DNA of 64,000 bases from Pseudomonadota bacterium (GTDB lineage Bacteria; Pseudomonadota; Alphaproteobacteria; Rhizobiales; JAKPQE01): positions 116,968 through 180,967 of the forward strand of contig JAKPQE010000034.1 in assembly GCA_029572955.1 (NCBI GenBank). Direction: 5' to 3'. Below the pieces are notes generated by a model. It saw only the letters and a program-made list of their open reading frames with translations. It was not told the origin of the DNA and did no database searches. Of the stretch, positions 39,997 through 49,377 are shown one piece after another; within the stretch, counting starts at the first letter, position 1, and each line of letters starts with the position of its first letter. Both the position numbers and the translations under genes were made by a program.

Positions 39997-41214
39997 ATGA
40001 ACGAACCCGTCGTCATCACCGAGCCGGCCGCGCCGGCCGCAGTCGCCGCCGCGCCGCGCCCCTCCCTCGTCGGCCTCGACCGCGACGGGCTCGCCGCCGC
40101 GCTCCGCACGCTCGACATTCCCGAGAAGGCCGTGCGCATGCGCGTCAGCCAGCTCTGGAACTGGCTCTACGTGCGCGGCGTCTCCGACTTCGACGACATG
40201 ACCAGCATCTCCAAGGACCTGCGCGCCCGGCTGAAGGAGAGCTTCGGCGTCGCCCGGCCCGAGATCGTCGCCGAACAGGCCTCCGTCGACGGCACCCGCA
40301 AATGGCTGATCCGCTTCGCGGCGCGCGAACCCGGCGAGCGTCCGGCGGAAGTCGAGACCGTCTACATTCCCGAGGAGGGCCGCGGCACGCTCTGCGTCTC
40401 CTCGCAGGTCGGCTGCACCCTCACCTGCTCGTTCTGCCACACCGGCACGCAGAAGCTGGTGCGCAACCTCACCGCCGAGGAGATCGTCGCCCAGATCCTC
40501 GTCGCCCGCGACCGGCTCGGCGACTGGCCCGGCGCGACGCCGCCCGAGGGCGCGTTCGTGCCGACCGACGGCGGCCGCTTCGTCTCCAACATCGTCATGA
40601 TGGGCATGGGCGAGCCGCTCTATAATTTCGACAACGTCAAGACGGCGCTGCTGATCGCCTCGGACGGCGATGGTCTCGGCCTGTCGAAGCGCCGCATCAC
40701 GCTCTCGACCTCCGGCGTCGTGCCGATGATCGAGCGCGCCGGGGCCGAGATCGGCGTCATGCTGGCGATCTCGCTCCATGCGGTGCGCGACGAGCTGCGC
40801 AACGAACTCGTGCCGCTCAACAAGCACTATCCGATCGCCGCGCTGATGAACGCCTGCCGCAACTATCCGGGCCTGTCCAACGCCAAGCGCATCACCTTCG
40901 AATACGTGATGCTGAAGGGCGTCAACGACAGCCTCGACGACGCCCGCCAGCTCGTTCGGCTGTTGCGCGGCATTCCGGCCAAGATCAACCTCATTCCGTT
41001 CAATCCCTGGCCGGGCTCGAAATACGAATGCTCCGACTGGGAGACGATCGAGCGCTTCGCCGAGGCGGTCAACAAGGCCGGCTACGCCTCGCCGATCCGA
41101 TCCCCTCGCGGCCGCGACATCCTCGCCGCCTGCGGCCAGTTGAAGTCCGAAAGCGAGCGACTGCGGGCCCGCGAGCGCCTGGCGCTCGCCGCGATGATCG
41201 GATCGGACGGGTGA
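39997..41214 (+). CDS. rlmN: 23S rRNA/tRNA (adenine-C2)-methyltransferase, radical SAM
   Basis: 405 aa. [18 protein letters not shown] radical-SAM cluster and MGMGEPL. Confidence 0.92.
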   Translation: MNEPVVITEPAAPAAVAAAPRPSLVGLDRDGLAAALRTLDIPEKAVRMRVSQLWNWLYVRGVSDFDDMTSISKDLRARLKESFGVARPEIVAEQASVDGTRKWLIRFAAREPGERPAEVETVYIPEEGRGTLCVSSQVGCTLTCSFCHTGTQKLVRNLTAEEIVAQILVARDRLGDWPGATPPEGAFVPTDGGRFVSNIVMMGMGEPLYNFDNVKTALLIASDGDGLGLSKRRITLSTSGVVPMIERAGAEIGVMLAISLHAVRDELRNELVPLNKHYPIAALMNACRNYPGLSNAKRITFEYVMLKGVNDSLDDARQLVRLLRGIPAKINLIPFNPWPGSKYECSDWETIERFAEAVNKAGYASPIRSPRGRDILAACGQLKSESERLRARERLALAAMIGSDG

Positions 41215-41753
41215 TCTTCGTCGCCATCATCGGCCGGCTGTTCGCCATTCTCGTCGGCTATGCGCTGGCCGCCTTCGTCGCCGCCGAGGTGCTCCTCGCC
41301 GCCTCCCTCGTCGGCGCCGTGCCGGCGATGGAAACGCTGTTCGATCCCTCGCTCGAAATCCTCGTCGTCGGCGTCTTCGGCGCGCTCTTCATCGCCTGGG
41401 CGGCATTCGTGCCGACGGTTGTCGCCGTCACCCTCGCCGAAATCTTCAGCGTCACCGACATCGTCTTCCATGCCGGCGCCGGCGCGGTCGTCGCCGCGAT
41501 TACCGGCGGCGTCCTTCTCGGCGTCGATCCGGTCGAGAGCCTCGCCGATTTCGGCACCTGGTCGACGACCGTGGTGCTCGGCGCCGGCTTCGCCGCGGGC
41601 CTCGCCTACTGGCTCGTCGCCGGCCGCCGCTCCGGCAGCTTCCACCGCTTCCTCACGCCGGCCTCAGCCGGCCCGCGCCGCGATCAGGCGAACCGCGAAA
41701 CTCGCCATCAGCCCGGCGAACAGCCAGTCGAACACCCTCAGGATCCGCGGTGA
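41211..41753 (+). CDS. hypothetical membrane protein (about 4 TM helices)
   Basis: In frame of ORF 41028..41753. GTG 41211 overlaps the rlmN stop (GTGA). Hydrophobic helices throughout. The 3' ~90 nt overlap the convergent lysE-family gene. Confidence 0.5.
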   Translation: MIFVAIIGRLFAILVGYALAAFVAAEVLLAASLVGAVPAMETLFDPSLEILVVGVFGALFIAWAAFVPTVVAVTLAEIFSVTDIVFHAGAGAVVAAITGGVLLGVDPVESLADFGTWSTTVVLGAGFAAGLAYWLVAGRRSGSFHRFLTPASAGPRRDQANRETRHQPGEQPVEHPQDPR

Positions 41754-42308
41754 CCGGCGCAGCGCCGCCGCGAACCGGTCGGCCGCGAGGATCAGCCCGA
41801 GGCAGACCGGCGCCGCCACCACGATGAAGCCGATGCCGAGGACGAGCAGCCGGCCCATCGCGTGCGGGTCGTGCGCATCGACGAACTGCGGCAGGAAGGT
41901 CATGAAGAAGATGATGATCTTCGGATTGAGCAGGTTGATCGCGAGACCGCCCATGAAGGTCGCCGCGAGCGACTGACCGGACCGGCCGTTGGCCTCGAAG
42001 CGCACCGACGAGCCGTGCCGCACGGTCTGGAAGGCGAGCCAGAGCAGGTAGAGCGCGCCGACGACCTTGAGGACGACGAAGGCCGTCGCCGAGGCGGCGA
42101 GCAGGGCCGCGAGCCCGACCGCGACCAGCACCGAATGGACGACGAGCCCGGCCCCGGCCCCGGCAAAGGCGGCAATCCCGGCCTTCACCCCGCCGGCGAG
42201 CGTGCGGCCGACGAAATAGACCATGTCGGGGCCCGGGGTAAGGGCGAGCAGCACCGCCGCCGAGGCGAAGGCGAGGAACACCGGAAGGCTCGGCAGATAG
42301 TCGGTCAT
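41664..42308 (-). CDS. LysE/RhtB family amino-acid exporter
   Basis: ORF 41664..42323. Probable start is ATG 42308 (MTDYLPSL). LTPGPDMVYF and NLLNPKIIIFF motifs. Confidence 0.85.
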   Translation of the reverse strand: MTDYLPSLPVFLAFASAAVLLALTPGPDMVYFVGRTLAGGVKAGIAAFAGAGAGLVVHSVLVAVGLAALLAASATAFVVLKVVGALYLLWLAFQTVRHGSSVRFEANGRSGQSLAATFMGGLAINLLNPKIIIFFMTFLPQFVDAHDPHAMGRLLVLGIGFIVVAAPVCLGLILAADRFAAALRRSPRILRVFDWLFAGLMASFAVRLIAARAG

Positions 42309-42329
42309 CGTCCCGCTCTCCACGTCGCC

Positions 42330-42956
42330 TCAGAGCGCGCCGCGCTCGCCGGCGGCCCATTCGAGGGCCTCGTCGAGGCGGTCGTTGCCCCAGAAAAGCT
42401 CGCCGTCCTCGGTCAAGAAGCTCGGCGCGCCGAAGATGCCGCGCGCCATCGCCTCCTCCGTCTCGCTCTTCAGCAGCGCCTTGTTCTGCGGCGCCAGCGC
42501 CCGCTCGATGACGATCTCGGGATCCTGATAGACGTCGAGCAGCAGCTCGGCGACGACGCTTTCCTCGCCGATGTTGCGCCCCTCGCCGAACTCGGCCTTG
42601 TAGACCCGGCGCACGAAGGCCGGTCCCCAGTCGCCGGCAAACTCGCCCGCGAGCCCGACCAGCGCCACCCGCGCCGCCAGGAGCCCGTTCTGCGGAAACG
42701 GATCGGGCCGCGCGAGCGGCAGGCCGGCGCGCCGGCATTGCCGCTCCATGTCGCGCCACATGTAGCGCCCCTTGGCCGGATAGATGTTGAACGGCGAGGT
42801 CGACCAGCCCTGGCCGGCGAAGATCGGCCCGAGCAGGAACGGCCGCCAGCGCACGTCGACGCCGATCGCCGCGGCGTGGACGTCGATCCGCATGGCGGTG
42901 AGGTAGGAATAGGTCGAGGCGAACTCGAACCAGAAATCGATGGAGGGACGGGTCAT
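42330..42956 (-). CDS. 2-hydroxychromene-2-carboxylate isomerase (DsbA-like) family protein
   Basis: 208 aa. IDFWFEFASTYSYL...GIFGAPSFLTEDGELFWGNDRL. Confidence 0.8.
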   Translation of the reverse strand: MTRPSIDFWFEFASTYSYLTAMRIDVHAAAIGVDVRWRPFLLGPIFAGQGWSTSPFNIYPAKGRYMWRDMERQCRRAGLPLARPDPFPQNGLLAARVALVGLAGEFAGDWGPAFVRRVYKAEFGEGRNIGEESVVAELLLDVYQDPEIVIERALAPQNKALLKSETEEAMARGIFGAPSFLTEDGELFWGNDRLDEALEWAAGERGAL

Positions 42957-43092
42957 GCGGGTGGCGAACTCTCGACTGGGGCCGAACCTCGTTGCAGCCT
43001 ACAACAGCCGCCCCGCCGCTGTCGCGCCCCTCCCTCCAATGCACGACTTGACGCCGGGCCGCGCATCGGCGATGCCCGCAGGGAGGTGATCG

Positions 43093-43884
43093 ATGACGGA
43101 GAGGGACGACCGCGCGATGGGTAGCACCCGGTCATTCTGCGACGACAATGCCGGCACGTTCGCCGTGGTGGCGGCCGCGGCGCTCGCCGTCGCCAGCCTC
43201 GTCTTCCACATCGAATCGTGGATCGATCTCGCGCTCGCCCGGCTCTTCTTCGATCCGGCGAGCAGCGTCGGACCGTTCCCGGCGAACGCCGATCCGGTGC
43301 TCCGCATCCTGCGCGAGGTCGGCCTGAAGCTGCCGCCGCTCGCCATGGTCCTCCTCGGCGTCGTCGCGCTCGCCGGCCTGTTCCGCCCCGGCGCCAGGAC
43401 ACCGGTCTCGGTCCGCGACGCGCTCTGGATGCTGACGACGGCGGCCCTTGCCAACGGCCTCCTCGTCAATCTCGTCCTCAAGGAACACTGGGGCCGCGCC
43501 CGGCCGCACCAGACGATCGAATTCGGCGGCGCCGGCGTCTTCACGCCGGCCTGGACGATCGGCGATGCCTGCGCCAGCAACTGCTCGTTCGTCTCCGGCG
43601 AGGCGGCGAACGCCTTCTGGATGCTGACCGCGCTCTGTCTCGTGCCGGCCGGCTACCGGGCACCGGCGGGCGCCTTCCTCGTCGTCCTTGCCGGCACCGT
43701 CGCCTTCAACCGCGTCGCCTTCGGCGGCCACTATCTCTCCGACGTCGTCCTCTCCGGCCTGATGGTACTGACGATCGCGGCGGTCCTGCGCCTCTTCTTC
43801 CGCCCCGGCGGGCCGCGCAGCGCCGACGGCAACGGCTTCTGGCGCCGCCTGCGCGCCGGCTATTCGGCCGCGGCCGGGGATTGA
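43093..43884 (+). CDS. PAP2 superfamily phosphatase (membrane)
   Basis: 263 aa. KEHWGRARP...SFVSGEA...GGHYLSD, the tripartite acid-phosphatase motif. Confidence 0.8.
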   Translation: MTERDDRAMGSTRSFCDDNAGTFAVVAAAALAVASLVFHIESWIDLALARLFFDPASSVGPFPANADPVLRILREVGLKLPPLAMVLLGVVALAGLFRPGARTPVSVRDALWMLTTAALANGLLVNLVLKEHWGRARPHQTIEFGGAGVFTPAWTIGDACASNCSFVSGEAANAFWMLTALCLVPAGYRAPAGAFLVVLAGTVAFNRVAFGGHYLSDVVLSGLMVLTIAAVLRLFFRPGGPRSADGNGFWRRLRAGYSAAAGD

Positions 43885-43891
43885 AACCCGG

Positions 43892-45352
43892 CTACCGCCG
43901 CTGCTCGATGCGGTCGATGAACCAGCGCGTCAGGCGGATCCAGAGGTCGTCCTTGGTCATCGCGTCCTCGACCCCGTGCTCGATGTTCGGGTTGTCGTTG
44001 ACCTCGATGACGTAGATGCCGCCGTTTGTCTCCTTGATGTCGACGCCATAGAGCCCGCGGCCGATGAGCCGCGCCGCGCGCACGCCGATGTCGATCACCG
44101 CCGGCGGCGCATCGTCGAGCGAGAACGCCTTGAAGCCGCCCTCCAGCGGCTCGCCGCCGGTGTCGTGCTTGACGATCTGCCAGTGCTCCTTGGCCATCAG
44201 ATACTGCACGACGAACAACGGCTCGCCGTCGAGCACGCCGACCCGCCAGTCGAAGCTCGTCGGCATGAACTTCTGGGCGATGAGCAGGTCGGTCTCCTCG
44301 AACCACTCGTCGAGGAGCTTGGCGAAGGCCGCGCGGTTGTCGACCTTCTTGACGCCACGCGAGAACGAGCCGTCCGGGATCTTGACCACCAGCGGATAGC
44401 CGAGCGCCGCCTCGGCCTTGTCGATGTCGGTCGTCGAGGCCAGCATCACCGTCGGCGGCATCGGCAGGCCGTGCGCCGTCAGCAGCTCGTTGAGATAGAG
44501 CTTGTTGGTGCAGCGGATCATCGACACCGGATCGTCGATCACCGGCATGCCCTCCTGCTGGGCGCGGCGGGCGAAGCGGAAGGTGTGATTGTCGATCGAC
44601 GTCGTCTCGCGAATGAACAGCGCGTCGAACTCGGCGAGCCGCGGCAGGTCGCGCCTGGTGATCGGCTCGACCTCGACGCCGAGCTTCTCGGCGACCCGCG
44701 CCCAGTGCTTCAGCGAGGCGACCGAGGTCGGCGGCAGCTCTTCCTTGGGGTCGTGCAGCGCCGCGAAGGTGTAGCGCAGCGGTTCCTTGGCCTTCGGCCG
44801 CCGCCATTCGCGCTTGGTATAGGCGTGCAGGCTGTCGTGGAAGAAGCCGACCTCGTCCGGATGAAGCTTCGAGAGCGACACCGGCTTCAGCCGCTCGATC
44901 GCGTTCCACTCGCCGGCCTTGATCGTCACTTCGAGGATCGGGCAGCGGAACCAGTCGAAGGTGAGCCGCCCGAAGCGCTCGAAGCGCGGATCGGCGACGC
45001 CGCCGAAACAGACGAGCATGCGCGCCGGCAGGTCGCCGCCGCCTTTCCGCAGGCTCTTGTTGAGCGCGTCCTCGAGCTCCGGCAGGGCGTGCTCGTAGAG
45101 CCCGCGCGCGCCGAGTTCGAGCATCGTCTCGACCGTCGGCACGACGCGATGGCCGCGCGCCTCGGCGAGGAGCGACGCATAGTAACCCTGGCTCTGATAG
45201 GCGTAGGACCGCGAGAGATTGACGATCTTCGGGCGGTCGCCGCGAAACAGTTGCGGCCGTGCGAGATATTCCTTGGTGGTGATCACCTTGTGCGGGGTAT
45301 CCGCATTCGGCAGGTCTTTGGGGAAGTCGACGACGACGACCCAACCGGGCAT
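43892..45352 (-). CDS. RimK-family ATP-grasp ligase with N-terminal RLAN-type domain
   Basis: ORF 43892..45526 trimmed to ATG 45352 (MPGWVVVVDFPKD). The N-terminal ~190 aa is RLAN-like (IVNLSRSYAYQSQGYYASLLAEARGH). C-terminal ATP-grasp (YPLVVKIPDGSFSRGV, LIAQKFMP, GLYGVDIKE...IYVIEVNDNPN). Confidence 0.8.
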   Translation of the reverse strand: MPGWVVVVDFPKDLPNADTPHKVITTKEYLARPQLFRGDRPKIVNLSRSYAYQSQGYYASLLAEARGHRVVPTVETMLELGARGLYEHALPELEDALNKSLRKGGGDLPARMLVCFGGVADPRFERFGRLTFDWFRCPILEVTIKAGEWNAIERLKPVSLSKLHPDEVGFFHDSLHAYTKREWRRPKAKEPLRYTFAALHDPKEELPPTSVASLKHWARVAEKLGVEVEPITRRDLPRLAEFDALFIRETTSIDNHTFRFARRAQQEGMPVIDDPVSMIRCTNKLYLNELLTAHGLPMPPTVMLASTTDIDKAEAALGYPLVVKIPDGSFSRGVKKVDNRAAFAKLLDEWFEETDLLIAQKFMPTSFDWRVGVLDGEPLFVVQYLMAKEHWQIVKHDTGGEPLEGGFKAFSLDDAPPAVIDIGVRAARLIGRGLYGVDIKETNGGIYVIEVNDNPNIEHGVEDAMTKDDLWIRLTRWFIDRIEQRR

Positions 45353-45356
45353 GTGG

Positions 45357-46457
45357 TTATCCTCTCGTGACGACGATGGTCGCCTTGAGCCCGTCTCGGC
45401 CCCAGCGCGCCATGCGGTCGAATTCGCCATAGGGAATGGGCAAATTTGCGGCATCGGCGAGCACTTCGCCGCGCTTCTTTTCCACCCAGGGATCGTGGAT
45501 GAAAATGTGCCGCCCGTCGTCGCCATGGGCGATGACCCAGTGCGGCACCTTCTTGCCGAACATGCGGTAGCCCGAGATCAGCACGATGGCGACGGCGCCA
45601 CCCCGCAGCGCCTCGGCGGTGCGCTCGGTGCCGAGCGCCTCGTAGGTAACGGGAATGTCCATCGCCGCCGCCCGCGCCCGGAAGCACTCCTGGGCGATCC
45701 GCATTACCCGGCGGTTCTCGGCGTTGCGCACCGTCTCGAGGAACAGCGGCCCGTCGGCATTGATGTAGACGTGCGGCCGAAGGCCGTGCTCGGCGAGCGT
45801 GACGGCAAGGCCGAACGGCTCGCAGCCGCCGAGCCCCGTGGTCATGAAGATCGTCGTCGCCTCGCGCCACAGCCGCACCTCGGTGCGCTCGTCGAGCTCG
45901 AAGCCCGGATCGAAATGGGCGCAGGCCATCATCAGGCAGGCCGGGCCGCAGGTGAATTCCGTCGTCTGCTCGTAGTAGCGCGTCGTCACCTTGGGCGCGG
46001 CGCCGAGCCTCAGCAGCTTCTCGAAGCGCAGCGCGTCGGCATGGTCCTCGTAATAGTCGAGATAGCGGCCGAAGCGGCGGTAGCCGGCCCGCTCGTAAAG
46101 CGCGATCGCCGGGAGATTGTCCTCGCGCACCTCGAGGCGCAGCAGAATGCGGTCGCGATCGAACGCCGCCCGCTCCGCTTCGGCGAGGAGCAGCCCCCCG
46201 AGCCCGCGGCCGGCGCGGTCCGGCGCGACGGCGATCGAATAGAGCCGGGCGAGCGCCGTGCCGGCGCGAAAGAGCAGCATGGCGTAGCCGGCGACCTTGC
46301 CGTCGATCTCGGCGACGATGCAGGCCGCCGTCGGCGCGGCGACGAGGCTGCGGAACGAGCGCCGCGAGATGCGGTCGGTCGAGAAGGCGGCATCCTCGAT
46401 GGCGACGAGCGCGTCGACATCGCCAAGGCCGGCGGGACGAAAGACTGGGGTATCCAT
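45357..46457 (-). CDS. GNAT N-acetyltransferase fused to papain-like (C39-type) cysteine peptidase domain
   Basis: ORF 45357..46622 trimmed to ATG 46457 (MDTPVFRPAG). GNAT core IAVAPDRAGRGLGGLLL. C-terminal YEQTTEFTCGPACLMMA (Gln/Cys) and KKVPHWVIAHG...IHDP (His/Asp). Stop lies 4 nt before the ATP-grasp start. Confidence 0.78.
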   Translation of the reverse strand: MDTPVFRPAGLGDVDALVAIEDAAFSTDRISRRSFRSLVAAPTAACIVAEIDGKVAGYAMLLFRAGTALARLYSIAVAPDRAGRGLGGLLLAEAERAAFDRDRILLRLEVREDNLPAIALYERAGYRRFGRYLDYYEDHADALRFEKLLRLGAAPKVTTRYYEQTTEFTCGPACLMMACAHFDPGFELDERTEVRLWREATTIFMTTGLGGCEPFGLAVTLAEHGLRPHVYINADGPLFLETVRNAENRRVMRIAQECFRARAAAMDIPVTYEALGTERTAEALRGGAVAIVLISGYRMFGKKVPHWVIAHGDDGRHIFIHDPWVEKKRGEVLADAANLPIPYGEFDRMARWGRDGLKATIVVTRG

Positions 46458-46581
46458 GGGTCGGGCCCGGAAGACGGCGCCGCGGTTGCGCGGCGCGATT
46501 CGTCGTCCCGATATATCGTCGCTTTTGCGGCGGCCCGCCAGCGCCAAAATCGGGCACCGCCGCAACTGCCGGCAGCCAACG

Positions 46582-46600
46582 AAAAAGCCCCGCCGGGGGC
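46582..46600 (-). terminator. short rho-independent terminator after tRNA-Glu
   Basis: The minus strand reads gcccc-cggc-ggggc followed by ttttt, about 35 nt downstream of the tRNA 3' end. Confidence 0.5.
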
Positions 46601-46633
46601 GAGGCTTGCGAACAACGATCATGCGCCGAGAAT

Positions 46634-46709
46634 TGGCACCCCGTAGGGGAATCGAACCCCTGTTTCCGCCGTGAGAGGGCGGCGTCCTGGGCCGCTAGAC
46701 GAACGGGGC
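46634..46709 (-). tRNA. tRNA-Glu (anticodon CUC), CCA encoded
   Basis: Reverse complement GCCCCGUUCGUCUAGCGGCCCAGGACGCCGCCCUCUCACGGCGGAAACAGGGGUUCGAUUCCCCUACGGGGUGCCA folds as a cloverleaf. The anticodon loop CU-CUC-AC is close to the canonical tRNA-Glu architecture. Confidence 0.9.
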
Positions 46710-46929
46710 AGCGGCTCATCGCTTGGCGACGGCGGTTCGTATACCGCCGACCGCCGACGAGTTCAAGCCCAATCGTCTCGCCCCGGGCGCACGAGTTTCG
46801 CCACCCGCCTCGGGTCCGGGCGAACTGCCACCACCGCGACGCGGCGCTGTTCCCGCACCACCGCCGCCGCCATTGCCATCCTCGGGGAAGGCTCTATCCT
46901 CGGCCTCCCCAAGGGTTCGGACGCCGGAC

Positions 46930-48612
46930 ATGCGCATTCTGTTTCTCGTTCACAGCTTCAATTCGCTTGCCCAGCGCCTCTATGTCGAACTCGCCGAAGC
47001 CGGTCACGAGCTCAGCGTCGAATACGACATCAACGACGAGACGACCCGCGAGGCGGTCGCCCTGTTCAGGCCGGACGTCGTGCTCGCGCCGTTCCTGAAG
47101 CGCGCCATCCCCGAGGATGTCTGGCGCGCCCTGCCCTGCCTCGTCGTCCATCCCGGCGTGCGCGGCGATCGCGGCCCGAACGCCCTCGACTGGGCGATCC
47201 TCCGGCGCGAGCAGAGCTGGGGCGTGACGATCATCGAGGCCGAGGCCGAGATGGACGCCGGCCCGGTCTGGGCCTGGCGTGAGTTCGAGATGCGCCATGC
47301 GCCGAAATCGAGCATCTACCGCAACGAGGTGACCGAGACGGCGGTCATCACCGTCTTCGAGGCGCTCGCGATGATCGAGGCGCGCGACTTCCGCCCGACC
47401 CGGCTCGACCTGACGAAGCGCGAGATCCAGGGCACCGAGAACCCGCCGGTGCGCCAGGCCGACCGCCGCATCAACTGGCATCGCGACACCTCGATGCGTG
47501 TCGCCCGCATGATCCATTCCGGCGACGGCACGCCCGGCCTCCTCGACGAGATCGACGGCGTTCCCTACTACCACTACGACGCCCGGCCGTGGACCGGCCG
47601 CGAGCATGTGCTCGGCGCGCGCGGCGCCATCGTCGCCAAGAGTGGCCCGGCGATCGCCCGCGGCACCCGCAACGGCCTCGTCTGGATCGGCCATCTCAGC
47701 GAAAAGCGCGAGCGCGCCCTGAAACTGCCGGCGACGACCGTGCTCGCCGGCCGCCTCGACGGCGTGCCCGAGATCGAGGGCGGCTATCGCGAGATCTGGT
47801 ACGAGGAGGAGGGCCAGGTCGGCTACCTGCATTTCGCCTTCTACAACGGCGCGATGAGCACCGACCAGTGCCGCCGCCTCGCCGCCGCCTACAAGGAGGC
47901 CCGGGCCCGGCCGACCCGCGTGCTCGTGCTGATGGGCGGCGCCGACTTCTGGTCGAACGGCATCCATCTCGGCACCATCGAGGCCGCCGAAAGCCCGGCC
48001 GACGAAAGCCTCGCCAACATCGAGGCGATGGACGACCTCGCCCTCGCGATCCTGACCACCGAGGACAAGATCGTCGTCTCGGCCCTGCGCGGCAATGCCG
48101 GCGCCGGCGGCGCGTTTCTCGCCCTTGCCGCGGACGAGGTCTGGGCGCGCTCAGGCATCGTCCTCAATCCCCATTACAAGGACATGGGCAACCTCTACGG
48201 TTCGGAATACTGGACCTACCTGTTGCCGAAGCGGGTCGGCGCCGAGACGGCCGCCGCGATCGCCGCGCGCCGACTGCCGATCGGCGTCGCCGAAGCGCTG
48301 CGCCTGAAGCTCGTCGACCGCGCCCTGCCGAACGAGCGCACCGCCGCCGAAGCGGAGATCCGCCAGCGCGCCCGGGAGCTGGCGACCCGCGAGGGCTTCT
48401 CCTCACGCCTCTGGGACAAGCGCATCGCCCGCGGCCGCGACGAGAAGGAAAAGCCCCTCGCCGCCTACCGCGCCGAAGAACTGGAGAAGATGCATCTCAA
48501 TTTCTACGGCTTCGATTCGAGCTACCACGTCGCCCGCTTCAACTTCATCCACAAGGTGCCGAAGTCGAGGACGCCACTGACGCTGGCAAGGCATCGGGCG
48601 AAGAAGGGGTGA
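46930..48612 (+). CDS. HypX/HoxX-like protein (N-terminal formyltransferase domain + C-terminal enoyl-CoA hydratase/crotonase domain)
   Basis: Real part of ORF 46723..48612. Start ATG 46930 (MRILFLVHSFNSLAQRL). Formyltransferase motifs LVVHPGVRGDRGPNALDWAI and EMDAGPVW. Crotonase motifs VLVLMGGADFWSNGIHL and GNAGAGGAFLALAAD. Confidence 0.75.
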   Translation: MRILFLVHSFNSLAQRLYVELAEAGHELSVEYDINDETTREAVALFRPDVVLAPFLKRAIPEDVWRALPCLVVHPGVRGDRGPNALDWAILRREQSWGVTIIEAEAEMDAGPVWAWREFEMRHAPKSSIYRNEVTETAVITVFEALAMIEARDFRPTRLDLTKREIQGTENPPVRQADRRINWHRDTSMRVARMIHSGDGTPGLLDEIDGVPYYHYDARPWTGREHVLGARGAIVAKSGPAIARGTRNGLVWIGHLSEKRERALKLPATTVLAGRLDGVPEIEGGYREIWYEEEGQVGYLHFAFYNGAMSTDQCRRLAAAYKEARARPTRVLVLMGGADFWSNGIHLGTIEAAESPADESLANIEAMDDLALAILTTEDKIVVSALRGNAGAGGAFLALAADEVWARSGIVLNPHYKDMGNLYGSEYWTYLLPKRVGAETAAAIAARRLPIGVAEALRLKLVDRALPNERTAAEAEIRQRARELATREGFSSRLWDKRIARGRDEKEKPLAAYRAEELEKMHLNFYGFDSSYHVARFNFIHKVPKSRTPLTLARHRAKKG

Positions 48613-48615
48613 CGC

Positions 48616-49377
48616 TCAGCGCCCCCAACGCATCCCGGCGATCCTGGGGTCCGCGGCAAAGGCGTCGCGGTCGAATTCGAGGGCGAGCTTCGGGAACTCC
48701 CGCAGGGCAAGCACGCCCGAAGCACTCGGCCTGATCCGCCAGGTCTGTCGGTCGACCGGAGCCGGGCGGGCGAAGGCCGAGCAGGCAAGGACCGCGACAT
48801 TGGCCCGATGCCGGGGATCGCGGACCGATTCATAACGCAGAACCTGCGCCCCGGCGTCGCCCGCGCCATCGGCAAGCCGTTGGCTGGCTTCGTAGTTCGT
48901 CGGATCGACGAAATCCGCCCGATCGCGATCGAGCGGCGGGCGCGTCAGATCCAGCGCAGCGTCCACGCGGATATCGACGGCAAACGCGGAATATTCGGCC
49001 GCGTTGCTCGGCCACGGCGTGTCCGGCGACTCGGCGTAGAACAGCAGGCGATAGAAGGCCATTTCGGCCGCGGTCGTCTCCACCTCTTCGCCGGCATAGA
49101 AGACGCCGGGCGTCGGGCCGGCGCGGCGGAACCTGGAACCCACGGGATAGATCGCGCCATACCGGAACGGCGTTGCGAGAAGATAGTCGAGACCGGCACA
49201 GTCCGGCGGCAGGCGCGGCTTGGTCGTCTCCAGCAGGTCTTCCAGGAGTTCCTGCTCGGCCCGGCTGTCGACCAGCTTCAGCGTCGACACCTGATGCTGC
49301 GCCTCGACCATGCGCCAGCCCGTGCCCGTATAGGGGCCGAGTTCAGATGCGAGCGCGGCGAGCGTCCAGATAGCCAA
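48616..49377 (-). CDS. RES domain toxin (NAD+-targeting RES family)
   Basis: In frame of ORF 48616..49563. The start is uncertain (TTG 49377 overlapping the antitoxin end, or ATG 49311). GWRMVEAQHQVSTLKLVDSRAEQELLEDLLE...ATPFRYG...GSRFR...YESVRD. Confidence 0.78.
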   Translation of the reverse strand: MAIWTLAALASELGPYTGTGWRMVEAQHQVSTLKLVDSRAEQELLEDLLETTKPRLPPDCAGLDYLLATPFRYGAIYPVGSRFRRAGPTPGVFYAGEEVETTAAEMAFYRLLFYAESPDTPWPSNAAEYSAFAVDIRVDAALDLTRPPLDRDRADFVDPTNYEASQRLADGAGDAGAQVLRYESVRDPRHRANVAVLACSAFARPAPVDRQTWRIRPSASGVLALREFPKLALEFDRDAFAADPRIAGMRWGR

